40,000 nt of DNA from Haloquadratum sp. (GTDB lineage: Archaea > Halobacteriota > Halobacteria > Halobacteriales > Haloferacaceae): the NCBI GenBank assembly GCA_031580685.1, contig JAVLBV010000006.1:2221-42220 (forward strand), written 5' to 3'. The position numbers and the translations under genes were made by a program. Under the pieces are notes generated by a model, which saw nothing but the letters and a program-made list of their open reading frames with translations, did no database searches and had not been told where the DNA came from. Shown here one piece after another: positions 25,338-32,205 of the stretch. Position 1 is the first letter of the stretch; every line of letters starts with the position of its first letter.

Positions 25338-26123
25338 TCAGCCCAGCCGGTCAGGGCCGCCCGTCCGCTGCAGATACAGGTAGATCCCACCACCGACGAG
25401 CCCCAGCAACACCACCCCGACGACCCCGTACAGGATGAGCCGGTTCCGCTGATCGGTGCCCGCCTGCTCGTTCGCCATGTCGGTCGCGTCCACCGCCAGA
25501 TTGGTCGCGAGATCGAACTCCTCCCGCTCGTACGCGGTGACCGCATTCGCGAAGGTGCGCTCGGCCTCGGGCGCGTCGGTCACGGCGATCGCCGCCGCCG
25601 CGGTGTCCATCGCCTCACGGGCCTCGATCGACGTGGGTGTGTAGTGCGTCGCGGTCATCGTGTCGATGGGCTCGACCGCGCCGCCCACCTCGGTCTGGCC
25701 CAGCTCCATCACCACGAAGCTCTGCATCGGGTCCCACGTGTACGCATCGATCGCCGGCACATCACCGCGGACGTTGACGGTCACGCGGCTCGTGCCATCC
25801 TCGACATCGACCGAGGCCCCGTTGAACGACTGACCGGTGTACCGGTCCTGCGCGATCTTCGAATCCGTCTGGTCGTAGTAGGTGACCGTCCAGGTGACCT
25901 CATCGAGGTCCGTCTCACCGGTGATCACCCACGAGTCGTAGTCCGGGCCGCGGTACAGCTGGGTGAACTCATACTCCGCGGAGACCTGCTCATCCACCGC
26001 CGCCGTGTCGACGGACTCGGTGACCGTCGCCGACAGTCCCATCGCGGGAGCGCTGAACAGCGACAGTATGAGCAGGCCCGTCAGAAGCGCTCTAAAAGAG
26101 CGATTCAAGCTCATCACCATCAT
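25338..26123 (-). CDS. Exported, C-terminally membrane-anchored protein of unknown function
   Basis: It has a Sec-type signal peptide (MMVMSLNRSFRALLTGLLILSLFSAPAMG), an acidic extracytoplasmic domain, and a C-terminal TM helix (LILYGVVGVVLLGLVGGGIYLYL) with a short tail. The start cluster ATG 26123/26120/26114 lies inside the cetZ 3' end. Confidence 0.65.
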   Translation of the reverse strand: MMVMSLNRSFRALLTGLLILSLFSAPAMGLSATVTESVDTAAVDEQVSAEYEFTQLYRGPDYDSWVITGETDLDEVTWTVTYYDQTDSKIAQDRYTGQSFNGASVDVEDGTSRVTVNVRGDVPAIDAYTWDPMQSFVVMELGQTEVGGAVEPIDTMTATHYTPTSIEAREAMDTAAAAIAVTDAPEAERTFANAVTAYEREEFDLATNLAVDATDMANEQAGTDQRNRLILYGVVGVVLLGLVGGGIYLYLQRTGGPDRLG

Positions 26124-27282
26124 CGCGCACCAGTGATTCGAGATTCTCCTGGCTCTGGTTGCGGATGTCCTCGATGTTCTCCTGCGCCTCGATCGCCACC
26201 TGCTGGAGCTCCTTGATGCGCGGGACGTTCGTGACCCCAGACAGCAGTGTGACCGCGGCGACACGGTCCGATTTGCTGAGTGGATAGTCCCCACCACGGA
26301 CCTCCATGCTCCCGGTCTGGTCCTCGATCCAGCGGCGACCGCGTTCGATCCCCTTGCGGTTGAGGAACTCCGGCGGCCCGGCGATGACCAGCAGTGCCCG
26401 CTCGGTCCCCTCGATCTCGCAGGGGAGTGTCAGCCGACCCAGCGCCGCCTTCCGGACCAACGAGGTGATCCGGTTGGTCGTGTTCGCCGAGTCGAAGCTC
26501 CCGAGGTCGTTGCTGTTCCCGGTCAGCCGCGACAGCAGCCCACCGCCCCCGCTGCTCGACTGGACCTCGACCTCCTCCGAGGCGTACCCCAGCGTGGAGA
26601 CACCGCCACCGGCGAGGGTGTTGATGATCTCAGAGGAGTCCACGACGGACTCGGCCACGTCGCCGCTGGCGGTGATCTCCCCCGCCCCGAACAGCACGCC
26701 GAAGCGGGTGACGATCTCATCGTTGATGACCTCGAAGCCACCGGAGACCGACTCACCCGTCTTGCGCCACGAGTCGTTGTCGAACACCAGCAGGTTGTCG
26801 ACCTCCCGGATGAACGTCTGGAAGGACCGTGCGGCATTCAGCGTGTAGATCCCACCCTCATCGGTGCCGGGGAGGATACCCAGCCCGTACACCGGCTCCG
26901 TGTAGATGCGCTTCAGATGCTTGGCGATGACCGGAGCGCCACCACTGCCGGTGCCGCCACCGAGACCGGCGACGACGAGGAATGCATCGACCTCGTGCAC
27001 CGGGATGTTGTCGATCGCCCCCTGGACCTCGTCCACATCCTCTTCTGCGATCTGTGCGCCCAGTTCGTTGTCCGCACCGACACCATGACCCTTCACCCGG
27101 GCCTGCCCGATGAGGATGCGCTGATCCATCGGGATGTTCTGCAGGCCCAGCAGGTCGGCTTTCGCGGTGTTGACCGCGATCGCAACCCGCACGATGTCGG
27201 ACCCATGGCGCTGGTCGTACTCGACGAACTTGTCGATGATCTTCCCACCAGCCTGCCCAAATCCGATCATTGCAAGCTTCAT
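26092..27282 (-). CDS. cetZ: CetZ (archaeal tubulin/FtsZ-superfamily cell-shape protein)
   Basis: Seen in the translation: MKLAMIGFGQAGGKI and the tubulin signature GLGGGTGSGGAPV. The sequence has a CetZ-type rather than FtsZ-type character, with an acidic C-terminal tail ...DDGDELESLF. Confidence 0.92.
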   Translation of the reverse strand: MKLAMIGFGQAGGKIIDKFVEYDQRHGSDIVRVAIAVNTAKADLLGLQNIPMDQRILIGQARVKGHGVGADNELGAQIAEEDVDEVQGAIDNIPVHEVDAFLVVAGLGGGTGSGGAPVIAKHLKRIYTEPVYGLGILPGTDEGGIYTLNAARSFQTFIREVDNLLVFDNDSWRKTGESVSGGFEVINDEIVTRFGVLFGAGEITASGDVAESVVDSSEIINTLAGGGVSTLGYASEEVEVQSSSGGGGLLSRLTGNSNDLGSFDSANTTNRITSLVRKAALGRLTLPCEIEGTERALLVIAGPPEFLNRKGIERGRRWIEDQTGSMEVRGGDYPLSKSDRVAAVTLLSGVTNVPRIKELQQVAIEAQENIEDIRNQSQENLESLVRDDGDELESLF

Positions 27283-27370
27283 GGTGTGGGTCCCCTCAGC
27301 ATTGCGTCATATAACCCTGAATGGGGGAATAAAGGTTCTGATACCTGCAGACGTGCGTCAGACGGGGTCC

Positions 27371-28267
27371 TCATCCCCCCGTGCTGGATGGGCGGAGGTA
27401 GGCCCACAGACTCGTCAGCTCATCGGTCGAGAGCCCGAATGCCGTGATGTCATTGTGCGTCGTGACGTTATCGAAGCGCAGGGACCGGAACTGATCGAGC
27501 CCCATCGGGACGCCGGGGACCGCATCCCCGAGGGTCAGCCCCACCCGCGCGAGGGGCATCGGGAGGGGGAGGACGGTCACGGACTTGCCGTCCGCCCGGT
27601 GGATCAGCTTGGCGATCTCCGCGAGTGTGAGGCGTTCGGGACCGCCCAGCTCATACGTCTGCTCACGGTGGGCGGGATCCATGATGACCTCCGTGATGAT
27701 CGCGACGAGGTCGTCGACGTGGATCGGCTGGAACCGGGTCTGGCCCCCACCCGGGAGCGGCGCGATGTACGGAGGTGCCAGCAGCTTGGTGAAGGAGATG
27801 AACTCACCGCCCGGGCCGAAGACCACCGAGGGGCGAAGGATGCTCCAGGAGAGCCCGGACCGTCGCACCGCGTCCTCCGCAGCACCCTTCGCACGGATGT
27901 AGGCGGTGGCCCCACCCGGGTCGGCGCCCAGGGCGCTCATCTGGATGAAGTGTGCGACGTCGGCGCCCTCTGCAGCCGCCACCAGGTGCTCGGTCCCCTG
28001 GCGATGGACCACATCATGCTGGTCGTTGCCGCCTGCCGGGGTGAACAGCGGCGAGAGCGCGACGAGGTTGACCACCGCATCGACGTCCGTGAAGATGCCC
28101 TCCAGGGTCGCCGGGTCTGTCACGTCGGCGGCGACTCTGTCGACAGCGGCGGGGAGGGTCGCATCCGCCGGTGTGCGGGAGATGACGCGCACCTCATGCT
28201 CATCGATGAGGTGCTCGGCGAGCGCGCTCCCGATGAATCCGGTCCCGCCCACGATGGCGATGTGCAT
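27371..28267 (-). CDS. NAD(P)H-binding SDR-family protein (NDUFA9-like epimerase/dehydratase fold)
   Basis: It has the Rossmann motif MHIAIVGGTGFIGSAL, followed by YIRAKGAAE and RPSVVFGPGGEF. Confidence 0.85.
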   Translation of the reverse strand: MHIAIVGGTGFIGSALAEHLIDEHEVRVISRTPADATLPAAVDRVAADVTDPATLEGIFTDVDAVVNLVALSPLFTPAGGNDQHDVVHRQGTEHLVAAAEGADVAHFIQMSALGADPGGATAYIRAKGAAEDAVRRSGLSWSILRPSVVFGPGGEFISFTKLLAPPYIAPLPGGGQTRFQPIHVDDLVAIITEVIMDPAHREQTYELGGPERLTLAEIAKLIHRADGKSVTVLPLPMPLARVGLTLGDAVPGVPMGLDQFRSLRFDNVTTHNDITAFGLSTDELTSLWAYLRPSSTGG

Positions 28268-28272
28268 GCGCA

Positions 28273-28303
28273 GTAGCTAATGGGGCTGGCTAAAATTAGC
28301 TAC
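28273..28303. promoter_or_regulatory. Mirror-symmetric bidirectional promoter: perfect 9-bp inverted repeat GTAGCTAAT / ATTAGCTAC
   Basis: The arms at 28273-28281 and 28295-28303 are separated by 13 nt. They fill a 38-bp spacer between divergent ATGs at 28267 (minus) and 28306 (plus). Each arm therefore places the same AT-rich element about 25-36 nt upstream of its gene. Confidence 0.45.
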
Positions 28304-28305
28304 CG

Positions 28306-28926
28306 ATGTCGCAAGCGCGCGCCCACGGGGACGGCGAGGGCAGGCTGATCACACTCGAGGGGCTCGATGGGAGCGGGAAGTCGACCGTCCTCGCGGGGCT
28401 GCGGGAGCGACACCCTGCGTGGACCTTCACCTGTGAGCCGACGGGGTCGTGGTACGGTGATGCGGTGCGTCGATCCGTCGGGAGTGAGACGGCGGACCCC
28501 ATCGCGGAGCTGTTCCTGTTCATCGCCGACCATGCGGAGCACCTGCGGACCACGGTCCGGCCCACGCTGGCCTCAGATGGGGTGGTGGTCTCGGACCGCT
28601 ACATCGACTCACGTGTGGCGTATCAGGCGGTGACGCTCACGGGGGTGATCGATGATCCTGCGCGGTTCATCTGGGGTGTGCACGAGCCGTTCACCATCCT
28701 CCCGGATCTGACGGTGTTCCTCGATGTCGACCCCGAGACGGCGGCCGAGCGGGCTGGCGCGACGAACAAGTTCGAGCAGGTGGCGCACCTCCGCCAGGTC
28801 CGTCGACGGTATGAGACGATCATCGCGGGTGCGCCCGAGCGCTTCGCGCGGGTGGATGCCGCGGCGGCGCCGGAGGCGGTGCTCACGGCGGTGGAGACGG
28901 CGATCGACGCGGTGGTTCAGCGCTGA
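28306..28926 (+). CDS. tmk: dTMP (thymidylate) kinase
   Basis: Seen in the translation: the P-loop LITLEGLDGSGKST, DRYIDSRVAYQ, and a LID region. Confidence 0.9.
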   Translation: MSQARAHGDGEGRLITLEGLDGSGKSTVLAGLRERHPAWTFTCEPTGSWYGDAVRRSVGSETADPIAELFLFIADHAEHLRTTVRPTLASDGVVVSDRYIDSRVAYQAVTLTGVIDDPARFIWGVHEPFTILPDLTVFLDVDPETAAERAGATNKFEQVAHLRQVRRRYETIIAGAPERFARVDAAAAPEAVLTAVETAIDAVVQR

Positions 28927-29231
28927 GCGGGCAGCGGTGCCGGGGGTGGCTCCATGTAGAGGTACTCGACCGTCACCCCCAGCAGCAGCGGCAGGAGCAC
29001 GGTCACCCCCACCGCGAGCACCGGCGAGCCCAGGTCGACACCGAGGCCGAGGCCACCGCTGAGCACGAGCGTGCCCACCAGCAGCACCAGCGGGATGAAC
29101 ACGACCGCGAACAGCAGCTGTCCCCAGGTGGTCGCCAACCGCAGACGGAGGAACCGCATCATGATCCCCGCGACGATCGTGTGCAGGCCCACGATCGTGA
29201 GCGTCCCCACGACACCGATGACACTGACCAT
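28917..29231 (-). CDS. Small integral membrane protein (104 aa, about 3 TM helices)
   Basis: It has hydrophobic segments (VIGVVGTLTIVGLHTIVAGIMM; LLFAVVFIPLVLLVGTLVL; VLAVGVTVLLPLLLGV). It starts 5 nt after the upstream RAM-domain gene. Its 3' end overlaps the tmk 3' end by 10 nt (convergent). Confidence 0.55.
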   Translation of the reverse strand: MVSVIGVVGTLTIVGLHTIVAGIMMRFLRLRLATTWGQLLFAVVFIPLVLLVGTLVLSGGLGLGVDLGSPVLAVGVTVLLPLLLGVTVEYLYMEPPPAPLPAQR

Positions 29232-29236
29232 CGCCG

Positions 29237-29467
29237 TCAGTCGATCGCCACGTAGGTCTTGGTGTCGATGACACCGTCGATGTCCGCGACCGCATCGGCG
29301 ACGAGCTGGAGGGCATCATAGACCTCATCGGTGTGGGTCTCCGCGATCAGGTCATACGTCCCGGCGACGAGGTGCGCCTCCGCAACGGGGTCCAATGCGC
29401 TGATCGCCTCGAGGACACCCGTCCGGTCGACCTGCCCGATCTTCGCGAAGACGAATGCATCGGCCAT
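29237..29467 (-). CDS. Stand-alone Lrp/AsnC ligand-binding (RAM) domain protein, 76 aa
   Basis: MADAFVFAKIG...VAEAHLVAGTYDLIAETHTDE...IDGVIDTKTYVAID has the beta-alpha-beta-beta-alpha-beta pattern of AsnC_trans_reg domains. It has no HTH. Confidence 0.8.
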   Translation of the reverse strand: MADAFVFAKIGQVDRTGVLEAISALDPVAEAHLVAGTYDLIAETHTDEVYDALQLVADAVADIDGVIDTKTYVAID

Positions 29468-29513
29468 GCGTGACCACCCGTCCGATGGACAGATGAATCA
29501 TTCGGAGGGTACG

Positions 29514-29518
29514 TTTAT
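29514..29518 (+). promoter_or_regulatory. TATA-like element (TTTAT) upstream of the TrkA-like gene
   Basis: It is centred about 29 nt upstream of ATG 29545 in the divergent spacer 29468-29544. Confidence 0.4.
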
Positions 29519-29544
29519 GCGGTGGCATACCACACCTCTCGCAC

Positions 29545-30231
29545 ATGCAGATCATCATCCTGGGGGCGGGGCGCGTGGGGATGCGCACCGCACGGGTCCT
29601 GCGGACGGAGGGCCATGAGGTCACGGTCATCGACACCGACCGGGACCGCATCCAGGTGGCCGCAGAGGATGGGTTCAGCACCGTCTTCGGCGATGGGTCA
29701 CACGAGGAGGTGCTTCTCGAGGGGGGCGTCGAGTCCGCAGCGGCCATCGGGGCACTGACGGGCGATCTCAACGTGAACTTCGCCGCATGCTCGATCGCCA
29801 AGTACCACACCACCTGGACCGTGATGCGGGTCGACATCGACCACCGCGAGCGGGTGTACCACCGGTATGCCGACGAGATCGATGAGGTGGTCTACCCCGA
29901 GCGGCTGGGGGCGATCGGAGCGAAGAACGCCCTCTTGGGCGGGTCGGTGCGCGCGATCGCGGATGTGGCACAGAACCTGCAGGTGGTCATCATGGAGGTG
30001 ACGGAGAAGTCGCCGATGCGGGGGTACACCATCGAGGAGCTGGCGCTGCCTGGCGGCGCAGAGGTCCTCGCCTTCGGGAAGGCAGACGCGCCGATGCGGA
30101 TCCCCCTGGCGGATGACTCGCTCGCGGTGGGTGACCGGATGGCGGTGCTCGCGGACTTCGATGTCCTCGAGGAGACCCGCCAGCTCATCGTCGGGCAGAA
30201 GCTCGTGCCCGATCGCGAGGTGGTCTCATGA
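29545..30231 (+). CDS. trkA: TrkA-like RCK protein (TrkA-N NAD-binding plus TrkA-C domains)
   Basis: It has MQIIILGAGRVGMRTARVL (Rossmann GxGxxG), DTDRDRI, and a C-terminal RCK_C segment (VIMEVTEKSPMRGYTIEEL...GDRMAVLAD). Confidence 0.88.
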   Translation: MQIIILGAGRVGMRTARVLRTEGHEVTVIDTDRDRIQVAAEDGFSTVFGDGSHEEVLLEGGVESAAAIGALTGDLNVNFAACSIAKYHTTWTVMRVDIDHRERVYHRYADEIDEVVYPERLGAIGAKNALLGGSVRAIADVAQNLQVVIMEVTEKSPMRGYTIEELALPGGAEVLAFGKADAPMRIPLADDSLAVGDRMAVLADFDVLEETRQLIVGQKLVPDREVVS

Positions 30232-30455
30232 TCGCGTACGTGCTCGTCGATGCGAGCTCGGGACGCGTCGACCACCTGACGGCCGCGATGGAGGGGGCAC
30301 ACCCGGCGGTCGAGTGGGTGCGGGTCGTCGCCGGAGATGTCGACTACATCGTCAAGGTCGATGTGGCTGAGGCCGCGACGATCCACGAGGTGACCGCAGG
30401 ACTGCTGGCGATCGATGACATCGACGATACGCTCACCTACGTGGCGATGCAGTAG
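30228..30455 (+). CDS. Stand-alone Lrp/AsnC ligand-binding (RAM) domain protein, 75 aa
   Basis: MIAYVLVDAS...VEWVRVVAGDVDYIVKVDV...IDDIDDTLTYVAMQ is a paralog of the 29237-29467 product. Its ATG overlaps the trkA stop by 4 nt. Confidence 0.8.
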   Translation: MIAYVLVDASSGRVDHLTAAMEGAHPAVEWVRVVAGDVDYIVKVDVAEAATIHEVTAGLLAIDDIDDTLTYVAMQ

Positions 30456-30461
30456 CCGTCC

Positions 30462-30956
30462 TCACCCCGAGGGACCGGCCGCGCGCTCGAGGAGCGTGCG
30501 CGCGACATCCGTGTAGCTGTACCCCGGGATGATCCCCTCCGCATAGGTGCCCTCGATGTACTCTGCGACCGCGGTGAGGTCATCCAGCGCGCGGTCGAGG
30601 TTCCGGTCGGCGAGCGTGATGTCCACGGCGATCATCGCCGGCCCCCGCTCGGTGCGCACCTCCAGTGCGGTGTGACCACGTGTCGCGCCCGCGATGTCGT
30701 CCAGCCGGAGCTCGAAGGTCCGGAACCACTCATCCTCGACCACCGACGCGAGGGACTCCTCGGTGACCATCCCGAGCGGGGGGACCAGCGCCCGCAGCTC
30801 GAACGCGGGCTCGCCGTCCACGCTCGACGGCTCGACAGAGATGGTGAACACCGTCGCCTCGAGACTGAATGCACCCGTCTCGGTGGGGACGGCCATCGAT
30901 GCGGCGGTCAGTGCATCCCGTGCAGCGTCTGTCGGGTCGCCCATGGTCACCACCAT
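30462..30956 (-). CDS. Conserved hypothetical cytoplasmic protein (164 aa)
   Basis: The ORF has coding GC3. Start is at MVVTMGDP (ATG 30956 or 30944). The longer track ORF would run through the hairpin region and into the tRNA gene. I can name no confident family. Confidence 0.6.
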   Translation of the reverse strand: MVVTMGDPTDAARDALTAASMAVPTETGAFSLEATVFTISVEPSSVDGEPAFELRALVPPLGMVTEESLASVVEDEWFRTFELRLDDIAGATRGHTALEVRTERGPAMIAVDITLADRNLDRALDDLTAVAEYIEGTYAEGIIPGYSYTDVARTLLERAAGPSG

Positions 30957-31024
30957 GCCCGGATCCGACTTGTGATGTGCGGTCGCTGGGGCAGGTTTAA
31001 GATGAACGTCCATGAACAATTGCG

Positions 31025-31110
31025 TGACGCTTCGTCTGGAGGGCCGAAGCGTCAATCGGGACCACCACAGGGCGGTGGTGGACGCCGGAACATCCGGCTC
31101 CACCCTTTTC
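31025..31110. other. Cluster of three inverted repeats (two mutually exclusive) followed by TTTT on the plus strand
   Basis: The first is a 10-bp stem, 31025-31034 with 31045-31054. The second is a 7-bp stem, 31062-31068 with 31075-31081. The third is a 12-bp bulged stem, 31077-31089 with 31093-31104. The last two share 31077-31081. A T-run lies at 31106-31109. Confidence 0.5.
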
Positions 31111-31117
31111 ATACGGA

Positions 31118-31202
31118 TGCGGGGGATGGGATTTGAACCCACGAACCCCTTCGGGAGCGGATCTTAAGTCCGCCGCTTTTGGCCAGGCTCAGCCACCCCC
31201 GC
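31118..31202 (-). tRNA. tRNA-Leu (anticodon UAA)
   Basis: I folded it by hand as an 85-nt cloverleaf. The acceptor stem is GCGGGGG/CCCCCGC with discriminator A. The anticodon stem is GCGGA/UCCGC with loop CUUAAGA. It has a long variable arm (type II) and a T-loop UUCAAAU. There is no intron and no encoded CCA. Confidence 0.93.
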
Positions 31203-31262
31203 ACCACCGGCGTCCGCACCCAGCGTTCGCCAGGCGCTCAAAAGTAGCTTCGCCTCGGTCGG

Positions 31263-31625
31263 TCACCAATCGACGCTGAAGGTGCCGTCGCCGTGTGGGT
31301 CAGGAGCGACCTCCGCATCCGTCCTGCGGTCGATGATGTGGATGACCCCCGCACCCTTTTTCGCCGGACACAGCTCCGCTGCATGGATGTTCTCCTCGAG
31401 CTCTGCCTCATCGATGAAGTACGACCGGGGGCGTGCGAGCCCGGAGGTGATGTCCATCTCCCAGTTCGCGGCGACCTCCGCACACCGGCCGGCGCCGATG
31501 CAGCGGTTCGCCTCGAAGATGATCTTATACGGCTTCTCCTCGACAGGAGGGGCGTTCGCGGAGTCGCCGATCTCGCTTGGGGAGACCGTGGGGGTCGGGT
31601 CGGCCATACCGTCCGTTGCCGGCAC
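31263..31625 (-). CDS. Ferredoxin-like single-cluster protein (CxxAxxC...CP, [3Fe-4S]-type motif)
   Basis: The translation reads KIIFEANRCIGAGRCAEVA...AELCPAK. It has an acidic or disordered N-terminus. The start is ATG 31625 or 31607 (MADPTP). Confidence 0.65.
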   Translation of the reverse strand: MPATDGMADPTPTVSPSEIGDSANAPPVEEKPYKIIFEANRCIGAGRCAEVAANWEMDITSGLARPRSYFIDEAELEENIHAAELCPAKKGAGVIHIIDRRTDAEVAPDPHGDGTFSVDW

Positions 31626-31645
31626 AGCTGATTGGCTATTTCGTC

Positions 31646-32161
31646 TCAGCCTTCGACGGTGACCGCCTCGATGCTCACCGCCTCCACAGGCCGGTCCTGC
31701 GCATCGGTCTCGGTCCCGCCGATCGCCTCGACGACCTCCATCCCATCGACGACCCGTCCGAACACCGCATGCCGGTCATCCAGATGGGGCTGGGGAGCCA
31801 GCGTGATGAAGAACTGCGACCCGTTCGTGTCCGGCCCACGGTTGGCCATCGAGAGCACCCCAGCTGCGTCATGCCGCAGCTCAGGATGGAACTCATCCTC
31901 GAAGGTGAAGCCGGGGCCACCGGAGCCATCTCCTGCGGGGTCGCCGCCCTGGATCATGAAATCGGCGATCACCCGGTGGAAGACCGTCCCCGCATACAGC
32001 GGATCGGTGCGCTCCTCGCCCGTGTCGGGGTCGGTCCACGACCGCTCCCCCATCGCGAGTGTACGGAAGTTCTCCACGGTCTGCGGTGCCCGCTCATCGT
32101 AGAGCTCGATCTCGATCATCCCCGCGGAGGTCTGCATGTGTGCGGTCAGGCCAGCTGTCAT
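31646..32161 (-). CDS. Peptidyl-prolyl cis-trans isomerase, cyclophilin type
   Basis: Seen in the translation: [44 protein letters not shown] and [14 protein letters not shown]. Confidence 0.93.
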   Translation of the reverse strand: MTAGLTAHMQTSAGMIEIELYDERAPQTVENFRTLAMGERSWTDPDTGEERTDPLYAGTVFHRVIADFMIQGGDPAGDGSGGPGFTFEDEFHPELRHDAAGVLSMANRGPDTNGSQFFITLAPQPHLDDRHAVFGRVVDGMEVVEAIGGTETDAQDRPVEAVSIEAVTVEG

Positions 32162-32205
32162 ACCCAGGCTCGGAGGTGGAGTCGTAAAGCCGCCCGGGTC
32201 TGCAC

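Noticed and set aside
31077-31110. A plus-strand GC hairpin followed by TTTT, considered as an intrinsic terminator
   Set aside because: No plus-strand gene ends nearby, because the preceding plus-strand gene stops at 30455 with a minus-strand gene in between. Archaeal termination also does not require hairpins. I kept it only as part of the unexplained hairpin cluster.
30957-31262. tRNA-Leu(UAA) as an integration hotspot for a mobile element
   Set aside because: There is no integrase, no partial duplicate of the tRNA 3' half, no compositional shift and no accessory-type genes on either side. The flanking genes are ordinary conserved housekeeping genes.
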